Positions 38,478-49,572 of a stretch of DNA of 64,000 nucleotides are shown piece after piece. Position 1 is the first letter of the stretch. The number at the start of each line of letters is the position of its first letter. Position numbers and translations under genes: made by a program. This DNA is from Mytilus edulis (lineage: Eukaryota). A model generated the notes under the pieces. It saw only the letters and a list, made by a program, of their open reading frames with translations. It was not told the origin of the DNA and searched no databases. Location of the stretch: NCBI RefSeq assembly GCF_963676685.1, contig NC_092346.1:51212001-51276000 (forward strand). Reading direction: 5' to 3'.

Positions 38478-40269
38478 TTACGATCATTTTAGTTTTAATT
38501 TTACGGACTTTATATTTATACGGGTTGGTTAAAATCACTATCTGTTCCATCAAATTTTGCAATTTTCATAGCTTTCTAAATATTTTACCTTAAGTTTAAC
38601 TTCATAGAAACCTGGTATATCCTGAATTGTGCATTTATTAGCTTTCTACATGCCAATTTTCAACATAACTTAAAAGCCGTCTAAAAAAAAACCTGACCTT
38701 CAAACAAAGGTACTCCAAAAATAACCCCCGTTTTCCTGGAAATGTTAAATTAATATTCTATAGAGCGCATTAACCCTCAATTTGTAATGCAAACTCATAT
38801 ACAAGTTATTTGAATCAAAATAGTCTAAATATATTTCTCTTTCACCGAAAGTTTCATTTCTGCAAATTTGTTAGTTCAAGGACATCAAAAGCACATTTTT
38901 TTTTGTCAAAGTAGGGCTGCTTTTAGGTTCTAAATTGGAGGGAGTAACTAGTGGTCTGATACCTAAACAGTTATGGAATATTCATTTCACAGATATTTTC
39001 CGAATGTCGTTACAATCCCATCCTCTGTTCCCCGAATGTGACCTACCGAATTAGTCTTATTAGAATCTTTCGCCTCTCTTTTAGTGTTGGTTGATACCAG
39101 TGTGTTTGTTGGGTTTTTTTTTGTAGTAGGGACATATTTTGTCTAGAGGAGTTTGAATATGATGAGAAGAGTTAGGATCAGCTTATTTGCCATCAAAAGT
39201 ACAGTTAAAATATATGTGTTTCCATGATTTTGTAGAAGATATCAGTTTTTGCAAATTGTTTTCCAACGAACTGTTCAGTTTTGGCTTTAGGAATACTTAA
39301 TTTGAGTAATTGTGAATGATTATGTTTCTATTGTGGTTCTCGTATTTCTTTAATTTCATTCTAATTCATATTACTTTTACAATCATGGATCTCCAAATGG
39401 TTAGATGGCATACTAGCACTTTTTAATTTTGTTTTGTGAGGGTTATTATTTTCTTTTCTTTTTTTATCTTTTAAAAAACGAGTTTATCATTTATTTCCTT
39501 CTTTTTTTCTTTCTATTCATTTGCCAAAAAAAAGTCCACAATATTTATTTATTAACACACACATGCATGTACTTAATATACTCAACTGAAATTTACACCA
39601 ATTTTAGTTTTTGTAATAGATTTCGACTTCTGAATTTTGAGATGAAGGCCAACAATGTAACTTAAGGCACCTATCCTAAGTCAGGAGTCTGATGTTCAGT
39701 GGTTGTCGTTTTTTATGTGGTTCATAAGTGTTTCTCGTTTCTCGTTTTATATAGATTAGACCGTTGGTTTTCCCGTTTGAATGGTTTAACTCTAGTATTT
39801 TTTGGGGCCCTTTATATCTTGCTGTTCGGTGTGAGCCAAGGCTACATTTTGAAGGCCGTAACTTGACATCTTCCTATATCTATTAACGCATCAGATTGAA
39901 TGTGGCCAGGTACTTGTATATCCCAACAACAAGAAGACACTAAGTAAAGATCTGAGAGTACTAACAGTTACTGACAGCTAGTTTAAAACCACTTACAACT
40001 TTAAAAAAAATGCATCTTAGACTAAATTATCAATCAATAAACATCCAACATCCAACGGATTATTAAGATTAAAGACGTCATAAACAGTTAGAGACAAACA
40101 TTACCTTTACTGATAACAACAGTTGGATGGAGATTGGTCTAATTGGCACTTATATCACATTTTCCTATGTTTCCTATATGTATTAACGCACCAGATGGAT
40201 ACAAATAGAAATCCATATAACAATAAAAAAAAACCCAGATTGGACGTGGTCAGGTACTTGTATATCCGA

Positions 40270-41020
40270 ACAACACGAAATTTCTGGCTTAATGATTTAC
40301 CAGTAATACATAGATAACTTTCGTTAAAATCAAAAACGTCACAACAGACAAAGGCATTGAGAACGAGTTGTGAAAGATAAACACCGCAAGATGGTGCCAA
40401 AGGAACATCACCATCATAAAGGGAAAATTAACAATAGGGAACGTAACGTCGTCCCTTTTGTCGTAAATTTTAGTGAGGAGTTTCTCGTGTAAAACTGAAA
40501 TATCTTAATCTAGGAAAGGACAGTCATTACCTCTTGAATTTGATTTATTTAGAGTGAGTACAGTGACCTATAGTTGTTCATTTCTTTGACATTTGGGTCT
40601 ATTATGGAGAGCTGTCTACTTGGCAGTCATACCATATCTTCTTTTAATATCCTTTGGTAAATTTGGACAGTATATTTAGAAAATTCTTGATTATTTAACG
40701 AAAAATATCATCAAGATAACGGTAAGTGTTGTTGAATTATCAACTAAATGCAATTTAGACGGGTATTTACTGTGTTTGGTCATAAACTGTGATTCATAAT
40801 AGTACAAACAGGTCTGCTATCAAACCGACGCAATTACTGTCCATAGGAATACTTACAACCTGTTGATAAACTTTGTTGCCGAAACGTTCGTAATTATTAT
40901 CCAGGAGAAAATTAACAGCTTCATATATTTCATCACATCTCCAGTAAGTATATTGCATATTTACTTTTCTCATTAGAGAAAATTGGTTTAAATGATTTGC
41001 AGCAAATATATTTGCATTCA
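40270..41020 (-). mobile_element. Degenerate Penelope-like RT fragment
   Basis: FLLDN..RFGNKVYQQVVSIPMDSNCVGLIADLF and APSCGVYLSQLV; frameshifted. Confidence 0.75.
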
Positions 41021-41063
41021 ATTAGCAGCAATAACGAAAAACAGAACAATATTGATGATTAGG

Positions 41064-41148
41064 CAAATACATACAGACTAAATTTACACACAAATACATA
41101 CAGACTAAATTTACACACAAATACATACAGACTAAATTTACACACAAA
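41064..41148 (+). repeat. Minisatellite, 3 x 27 bp
   Basis: Unit CAAATACATACAGACTAAATTTACACA. Confidence 0.9.
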
Positions 41149-42388
41149 CGCAAAAGTTGTTGCTTTGCTGACATTTTTTTCCAGATAAATCTTGTATTCT
41201 TCTTTCTACGAGAAAATTTTTCATCTATTTTAAACTCTGAATAAAGTTATAAAGGTTGAAGAAATGGCGATATACAACATGGTATTTCTTATGTAAAAAA
41301 GGGTAAACATCAACGAGAGAGCAACTAAGCAGCACGTAAACCCAAACACAGGTGTACTTTATTGAACTTCATAGGGAGCAGGACATTTTAGCGAAAAAAA
41401 TTAAGTACTTGGGGAGGGGAGGGGGTCATTTTAGTGCATACATAAGATATAAAAAAAGAAGATGTGGTATGATTGCCAATTAGACAACTCTCTACAAGAG
41501 ACCAAAATGAAACAGAAATTTACAACTATAGGTCATCGTACGGCCTTTAACAATGAGTTCGAGCAAAGTCCATACCGCATAGTCAGCTATAAAAGGCCCG
41601 ATTAGAGCCCGTTTTAGCGAAATCTTACCTGGTTGAACAAAATTCACCTTACTGAAACCACAAATAGTTCCATGAAATTCATAGCAAACAAATAATGATT
41701 TAGAGTCGCTCCATTTCCCATAATTATTAGCAATTTCATAGATGTCACCAGCTATTAACGCTTTTCTTGACACTATCATCAAATTGCAAACAACATCATA
41801 TTATATAGATATACGAAGTATTAAAGACCACAACCTAGAAAAGATTAAGAGAAAGAACAGCAACTGTATTGTACAGGGGGTATATCCAGAGCTAGGATTT
41901 TTAACTTTTAACATTGTATTTCGTTGAGACTTTTAGTGCTTATCTTAATGGGATTGATCAGGATGATATTTGTTATAGTGTGCCTTCTATTTAAAAAAAC
42001 ATTATCATCTATTATTAAATGAGTTAAAAATATTGCGCTAAAATGGGAATTGATAATTTTAATTTTTATCATTGAATTCAGTAATTTTGATTGGCTAATG
42101 CATTACATTTTACTTTCGTATAAAATACAACAACATGCTATCCAAGACAACTATTTTGCAAAAGAAGAAAAAAAAACAAAGGATTAATTTTACTCGTTAT
42201 TTCATGATGTAGTTATATGCATTGAATGTTTCATTTTGTAATTAGGATAAAGGAGCCGTTAGAGCGCTGAACGTGCTCATAATTTTTAGTATAAAGCGTG
42301 GTCATACAAAATATCATTCCGTCAATGCTTTTACATTCCAATGCAAAGAGGAGCATTCAATTATAAAATTAACTGTACCAATTTTCTT

Positions 42389-42432
42389 GCACCAGATGCG
42401 CATTGCGCCAATACATGTCTCTTCAGTGATGC
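42389..42432 (-). ncRNA. Degenerate minimal type I hammerhead of a second family
   Basis: GCATCA-CTGAAGA-GACATGTATTGGC-GCAA-TGCGCA-TC-TGGTGC; GAAA changed to GCAA and stem II broken. Confidence 0.6.
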
Positions 42433-42672
42433 TCGTGGCCAAAATATTTGAAATCCAAAGCTGATATACATTTGTTCAATTAGGGGATGCCGTTGTCACA
42501 AAATATTTAATTCAAATCAATTTATCTCAGCATTTGTGTATTAAAGTATAATAATAAATACATAACAAATCTTAAAAGTAACTTATAAAAATTGATAATC
42601 TTAAATGCATGATAAATTGAACAACGTTACTTCTGAATAATGATAGTACTATTTTTACCAATGACGAGTTCA

Positions 42673-43836
42673 TCATAGCGACACGGATTTTCTCGTAGAA
42701 CAACAACAACAAAATATTTCTGAAACTGCTTTGCGGAATCTTGTATCGAAAAAGGTATAAATAAATGGATTAATAGCATGATTTAAAATGTACATCCTAT
42801 ACAGAAACAAAAATCCTGCGATTGCGTCATTAGGTTTGTTCCAAAAAGTAGGATCCATACTTTCTAAAACCATCAGTGCTAGTCGTGGTGTATATGCAAT
42901 GATAAATAGTGCAGTGATTGTCATAAACATGTATGAATATCTGTGCGTCCGAAAATGTTGTCCTATTGTGAAGAAACGTCCTTGGTCAAGGGTATCAGCG
43001 GAGCCTCTTTTGACTTTTCGTCTATATGTATCGCATTCGACGAGATCTTCGATACTGTTCGCTCTTGATCGTGAAGATCCGCTGTCTTTATCTTTATCAA
43101 CAGATAGTACACTTTCTAACTCCACCGAACTCCTGTGTTTTTTAGTATACTTTCCCTCTTTCACAGATTGTTGGAATACTATAAATTTTTGATAAATTGC
43201 CTTTCCAATCAAAATGTACAATATGATAAGAACAAAGGAAGCTATAACTGCTACGACAACGGCACTTATATCATATATAATCACGTGTTCTATGTTTTCT
43301 CTCTTTTGTCCACACCAAAATCCTGTAACATTCAGCTTTGGGTTATAAATTTCTACCGAACCATAATAGAAAAATATTGGAACTGAAAATGCAAATCCGA
43401 AACAAACAGCCAAAATAATACAAACATTTTTCATTTTCTGCGTAAAAATAAATGATGGCTTGCATACTTTAAGGTATCGCTGCACTGCTATTATTATCAA
43501 TAAAACTGCAGATATAATTGTTACCGCTTGAGAAACAAACCACAGTGCTTCACAGACAATTCCATTACTGAACTTTACTGGTATTATGTTCCAAGTAAAG
43601 GCAAACGATGCTCCAATAAGACATGCTATAAAGTCCACGGAAGCAAGCACTGGTATAAAAAATCGGTCATCTCGCTTTACTTTCATTTTGAAAACATATA
43701 CCAAAATAACAGTTATATTTCCAATAGTTCCTAGTATCAAGTATAGAGATAAGACAACGTCGTTCGGAATCAAATATTTCATAACACTGCTGTTCCATTC
43801 AGTCAAACGTTCATCTTGTGTCTTTGTTGAAGCCAT
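42673..43836 (-). CDS. Class A orphan GPCR, intronless CDS, ~387 aa; close paralog of 36704-37858
   Basis: Start set at MASTKTQ by homology to the paralog (an upstream in-frame ATG at 43863 also exists); QRY, AYTP, NPFIY. Confidence 0.92.
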   Translation of the reverse strand: MASTKTQDERLTEWNSSVMKYLIPNDVVLSLYLILGTIGNITVILVYVFKMKVKRDDRFFIPVLASVDFIACLIGASFAFTWNIIPVKFSNGIVCEALWFVSQAVTIISAVLLIIIAVQRYLKVCKPSFIFTQKMKNVCIILAVCFGFAFSVPIFFYYGSVEIYNPKLNVTGFWCGQKRENIEHVIIYDISAVVVAVIASFVLIILYILIGKAIYQKFIVFQQSVKEGKYTKKHRSSVELESVLSVDKDKDSGSSRSRANSIEDLVECDTYRRKVKRGSADTLDQGRFFTIGQHFRTHRYSYMFMTITALFIIAYTPRLALMVLESMDPTFWNKPNDAIAGFLFLYRMYILNHAINPFIYTFFDTRFRKAVSEIFCCCCSTRKSVSL

Positions 43837-45424
43837 TGATGAGAATTTATAATATAAAAACATTTATATATATATATATATATATACAGGTAATCGAAAA
43901 TAAGTTTTTCTACATTCAAAAAATAACGTATTCCTTGGTGAATGAAAATAATATTCTTTGAAAAAATATGAAATAAATCCTATTGTTTCATATCAGTTAA
44001 TCTAACTTAATCTTAAGGATCTGTATTGACGAACAAATACGGATATATTAATAAAAAAATCGTATCAATTTCACCTAATACATTGTTTACATAAAAAGAC
44101 TTTGCAATAATAGCAAAATCGAAAGTCAAGCAATAATCCCCCTAGATTCAGCGCATAAAAAGTACGCGACTCTGAAGTTTTGTCATCGTAAATCTGATAG
44201 GTCTACGATCTTGTTGATTAATTAATATTGGTTCATATACGTGTATTAGTTCTTCTTTCTTTTGTTGTTGCTGTTTTTCATCTTTCTGGGGTGGGGTGGG
44301 GGGAGGGATATACTTGGAATAGTTGTGGTCGGCTTATCAGTCGTTAAAACTAGTTCTGGTAAAATATTTGTGTTTCTAAGATTTTAATTTTAACGAATGT
44401 ATGCGAATTGTTCTGAGATGCATATCATAAATGATTATGTTTTTATTCTGGCGCTTTAACCTCTTCAGTTTCATTCTGGCATTCGTTTTAAATCTGTCAT
44501 GAACCTTTTGTATCATTTATCTTTAAATTAATCTTTCCAGTCCTATAGGTGTCTTTTCTCTTTAATATATAATAAATGAAGATTATTATAATTTCACAAT
44601 ATTTTTTTGTATAGAGATATATACTCGACTGACACTTCTTCAAAAATTTCACTCTCAATATCCTCTTTTTTCTTTTCTTTTTTAACTTTAGTATGTGTAC
44701 AAGATTTTTATTTCAGTTTATTGTAAGATGATAGGATAATATTTTGAATAGATTGTTAATTATGTAACAACTTTATAATCGTATTACTCTAAATACGTAT
44801 GTATTTACAACATATGGAAATATCCATTCGTTCATTAATCAAAATCGCAATATACTAAATACATGTACGTATGTATTTACACATATAGGAAATTGTCATT
44901 CAATTTTCGCACATGATCGTCTCGCATTATGATATCCGTTTAATTTCTTTGGATTGATAAGTTAATTGAATAAGGCCAATGTTAACCTTTTAAATGTGAA
45001 ATTTGATGTTGTTTTGACTCCTTTACGACCCTCTGTGTTTAAGTGCTCCGACTTTGAGATGAAGGACAGCAATAAAAGCCTTTTGCCTTTATTTTTTTTA
45101 TTATTTTTTTTTTGGGGGGGAGGGAAGGGATGAGAGGGTAGGGGTATGCTGTTATATCACTTGATATAGTGTGACCTTATCTACATGACGTGTATTTTTG
45201 CAGGAAGTCAAATACTTGCCACTGAACAAAAGTTCTGATAGGAATATAATGAGGTTGACAGCATTTACTTTTTTACAAAAGTATCGATTCCCCTTTTTTA
45301 AATCCAAATAAATGCTGATATTTAGTAAAACAATTGATAAGCGAGATTTACCTAGATCTATCAAATTCCATCTACGATTCTGAAGAAAAATGTTTTTTAG
45401 ACAGTTATTGGCTACTATTTCCAA

Positions 45425-45745
45425 ACTGATTGATTGTTTGATTGATTGATTGTTGTATGCTTAACGTCCAATGGCAAATATTTCATGCATATTCAGGACG
45501 AGAACAAGTTCACAATAAATACAATAGATAGGTCTTGTCATAATAGAGCCCATTTGGGATGATGGTCGGAGAAATTTGGATTGACACTGGAAAATAAGGG
45601 TATATTGGATAGGGACAGAAATTTTGCCTTGCAACAGGCCACCTACGGACCCCTCAGAGAGTTGTTGCAAGGGTTCTTAACGTGCAAAGAGCATGGCACT
45701 CTCTTTACACGAGACATCGGATTTAACGTTCCCAGTCTGACCGAA
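45425..45745 (-). mobile_element. 5'-truncated SINE with Deu/Nin-like motif and CAAT-repeat tail
   Basis: TGCACGTTAAGAACCC on the minus strand; TTGA repeats at the left end. Confidence 0.5.
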
Positions 45746-47493
45746 CATTAATCAGTGAATTCAATAAATGTTTATTTATGTCATGATTAAAAGAAAATTT
45801 GGGATATATGTCGATGAGACAGCAGCCATAACCCCATCAAATCTGAATGTCAAATGCCACCTTTCACAAAAAACATGTTTTTGAATAATTATGTCAAGCT
45901 CAAAATTGTTCAGAATCTAAAATTTTGAGAACCATTTGTAAGAACACCAATTCTTTACATAGCAAAACAAAGCATGATAAATAACATAAGATAACAAATG
46001 ACGAGATTATTAACTTTTACAATCATATTTGTGATCATCATGATTTAGTAAAGTCAGGTAATATCTGAGGGTCGGGGTGGTATTTACAGAATATAGAATA
46101 ATGGACAAAAGGTGAAAAATCAAGAGTAAAGCAAATTAAATAAAAAAAATCATAGGCAAACAAATAAAGAGCTGCGCTATAAGCGCATGACACGCCCGTT
46201 GCCCTTTTAGCTTGTCTTTATGCTTTGAATGATATTTTTGGGTACACTAATTTTAAAGCTGTTAGTTTTCTCATTTGAATTGTTTTACATTTGTCATTTC
46301 ATGGTCTTTTATAGCTGACTGTGCGATACGGGCTTTGCTCATTGTTGAAGGCCATACGGTGACCTATAGTTGTTAATTTTCTTTTATTTTTTGAAAGGTA
46401 GCTTAAGTTAGCAGATATAAACAATTTACCAAAGTTTCATAAAATTTTGTGAAAATGTTTATGAGTGATTGTCCTAAAACTGGGAAATCCCCCCATTTTA
46501 AGCATAAAGAATAGAGAATAAACCAACAAAGAATAGAGAATAATGGGCAAAATAAAAACAGACTAGAGAAAATGAATTAAAAATTCAGAAAGTAATGACC
46601 CGCATTCAGATCCTCATATCTGTTCCACACATTTACATGGATTTGATCCATTTTTGTAGTTGGAACTACTTTCTCCTTTCATATACTCCAACTGTAGAGA
46701 TTGTAGAGAATGTGTGTTTGAAAATTCAAAATTCAAAATTCAATTTACACTTAGACTAAGCTAGGATAAATTTCACATTGTGATACAATAATAACTCGTA
46801 TGGATAAAACAAAAACAAAAGTATATAATAGAACTATAATGTACAGTCAAAATCTAATGTTTAAGTATGTCGGTGACTTATAAAGACATCAATGGAACTA
46901 TAATGTTTGTCAAAGGTGTTGACATTCATACCATAAATATTTAATCCACATTTAAGATAAGGAAATGGTCACTCCTACCTTTGACTGTTCACACCTTTTA
47001 ATATTCTTGAAGTGGTCGTATATATATCCGGTATTAATTTTATTCAAAAGTGGAATACTTTGACTGATTCAGAAGTATGAAGAGCTATAAATAATTATCA
47101 ATGCTTTTCTATAGTCTAATCTTCATCAGTTTACCAATACAAATTCAAAATTTGTTCATTCATTTTCATAACAGCATTATTCTTTTATTTAAAAGAAAAT
47201 GTTGTTCTGATACTAACATCAATTAACTTTATTTATATCTAATTGCTTAATTGAAATGTTGTTTATTATTCAAATGTCGTCGCTGCAATATGTCCCGGAA
47301 GACAACAGGAAAAACCTAATAATTGTTTCACCGGAAAAATAAATATGTCACCCTTACCTAAAACGATTAATAACACATGATATTTTCGTATTTAAAATTT
47401 GTTGATTGTGGGATGAACTTATTTTTGTGGATACAGCATTGACACTGTGAAAGCATTTTAGATTTGTTTAATTTGATATACTAAGTTGACATT

Positions 47494-48657
47494 ATGAATA
47501 AAACTGACGAAGAAAAGCTTTGGGAATGGAATAATGAAATAGCTCAAATATACATAGTCAATGATATATTTCTTGTAATATATATCATTTTAGGACTATT
47601 TGGAAATGCAACTGTTGTAGCTGTTTATAGTTTTAAAATGAAATCGAAACGGGACGATCGGTATTTCATTCCATACCTTGCCGTAGTTGATCTTCTGGCT
47701 TGTACAACAAGATCATCATTCGAACTAGCCATGAATCTACTGCCAGTTAATTTCAGAGGCAGCATTTTGTGTAAAGTGCTTTGGTTTCCGGTCAATGTTA
47801 CTTCATTTTCATCAATGTTCCTTCTTCTAACCATATCCCTTCAAAGATATTTGAAAGTATGTCGACCATTTGGAAAGCAAATGACAATCAAATGGAAAAG
47901 ATTTGCTTTAGCAGTGACGTTAATTTCATCGTTTGCTCTTTCAATGCCTCTTAACATCTGGAATCAGGAGATACCAGTGGTTAACAAAGCGCTAAATATA
48001 ACTGGATATATGTGTGATGCAAAACTTGAAGGAAACATAGGGGCTGCTTTTATCATATTTGTTGTCTGTATCACAGTTCTTGCCTTAATTATTATGTTCG
48101 GAATGATCATATTCAATACTCTTATTGGTTTAACAATCTACAGACAGTTGAAACTGGAAAGAAAACGACAACAGCAAGTAGAACTAACGCGACATAGACA
48201 AGCTATAAGCAGGAAGACTATTACAGCCATTCCAAGCCATGTATCAGAACAATCAGAAGAACTAACACCGTCTTTGACTGCAAATGACGAATCTTCTACC
48301 GATATGAACACTGAAAAGGTGGATGATAAATTTAACAGAAATGAAGAATTAACACCAAAACAAAGAGAAAAAATGGAAAGGAAGCGAATGTTGTCCTCTC
48401 ACAGATATTCTTACATGTTTATGGTTATCGCTACAGCTTTTATGTTGTCATACCTTCCACAATTTCTCTTGCTTTTCGTAGGGATTGGTGATAACAATTT
48501 TTGGGTAAACCGAACAAATGCTGAGTTGACAATTTTTTCATTGATAAGAGAGATGAACGTCATTAATAATATCGTTAATCCATTTGTTTATGGGTTTTTC
48601 GATAGAACATTCAGACAAGAAACAAAGAAGTTTATTTCTTCATTGAAATGCTGGTAA
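47494..48657 (+). CDS. Class A orphan GPCR, intronless CDS, 387 aa, long ICL3
   Basis: 7TM; GN, VD, QRY, SYLP, NPFVY, FR; AATAAA near 48767. Confidence 0.92.
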   Translation: MNKTDEEKLWEWNNEIAQIYIVNDIFLVIYIILGLFGNATVVAVYSFKMKSKRDDRYFIPYLAVVDLLACTTRSSFELAMNLLPVNFRGSILCKVLWFPVNVTSFSSMFLLLTISLQRYLKVCRPFGKQMTIKWKRFALAVTLISSFALSMPLNIWNQEIPVVNKALNITGYMCDAKLEGNIGAAFIIFVVCITVLALIIMFGMIIFNTLIGLTIYRQLKLERKRQQQVELTRHRQAISRKTITAIPSHVSEQSEELTPSLTANDESSTDMNTEKVDDKFNRNEELTPKQREKMERKRMLSSHRYSYMFMVIATAFMLSYLPQFLLLFVGIGDNNFWVNRTNAELTIFSLIREMNVINNIVNPFVYGFFDRTFRQETKKFISSLKCW

Positions 48658-49287
48658 ATACATCACAAATAATTTGTTTGTAAATTAATAATATAGGTCT
48701 ACATTGTAAATACAAAACTGACACATGTAGCTCTTTGTATATTGATAACGTTAATTTGCTTTTTGAAATAAAACTAATAGTTGGCTGTCAAACGCAAATT
48801 GCAAGTGAAATATGAATTGATTTAATGTCATAACATGTTAACATAAGATTGTGGATTCGTTGGGGACTGCATATTGAGGACGATTGCATTTTTGTACATT
48901 GATATACCCCTTTTGAAATTAATATTGAAACCTCTTCGTGCGTCAATATTAATTAGTTCACCCATATAAAGTATATATGTCATAGATGACCACGCATTCG
49001 TGTCTGTTCCATTGGTCGTAGCCACCTTCCCTTCAAACTTTGTTCGTTGGTGTCGTCATCGAATAAATATGGTCTTCCGATTTTTAAATGTCTTTAATAA
49101 TGTGACAGGTACAGGAACTGATTACGGTCATCCGGATCGTCGAGGTTCAATGCCTGCTTTTTGCTCTATTTTTAGTTTATCTACGTTGTTTAATCTGGAT
49201 TTATAATCGCTCCCGTGTTTTCCCTTTCGGCCATTGCAATCTTCTAAATAAACTAATCATAGATACCAGGATTCAAATTTAATATTT

Positions 49288-49331
49288 ACGCCAGACGCGC
49301 GTTTCGTCTACAAAAGACTCACCAATGACGC
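49288..49331 (-). ncRNA. Hammerhead copy with mutated core (CTGATGA>TTGGTGA), probably inactive
   Basis: Otherwise matches 4808-4851. Confidence 0.7.
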
Positions 49332-49572
49332 TCGAATAAACAAATGTTAAAAAAGCCAAATAAAGAACGAAGATGAAGAGCATTGAGGACCAAAAATTCA
49401 TATTTTGATACTTTAAACACTTATAATTAAGGAGATTCTGAAACTTTAGATATGTACATATAAATAAATAAAAAAATGACTACAGATAAAAAAAAAAACA
49501 AAAAAAAAAAACAATTATACGAAATACTCAATATATCTAGAACAATTTACTTAATTGTTTTAATATCCCATG

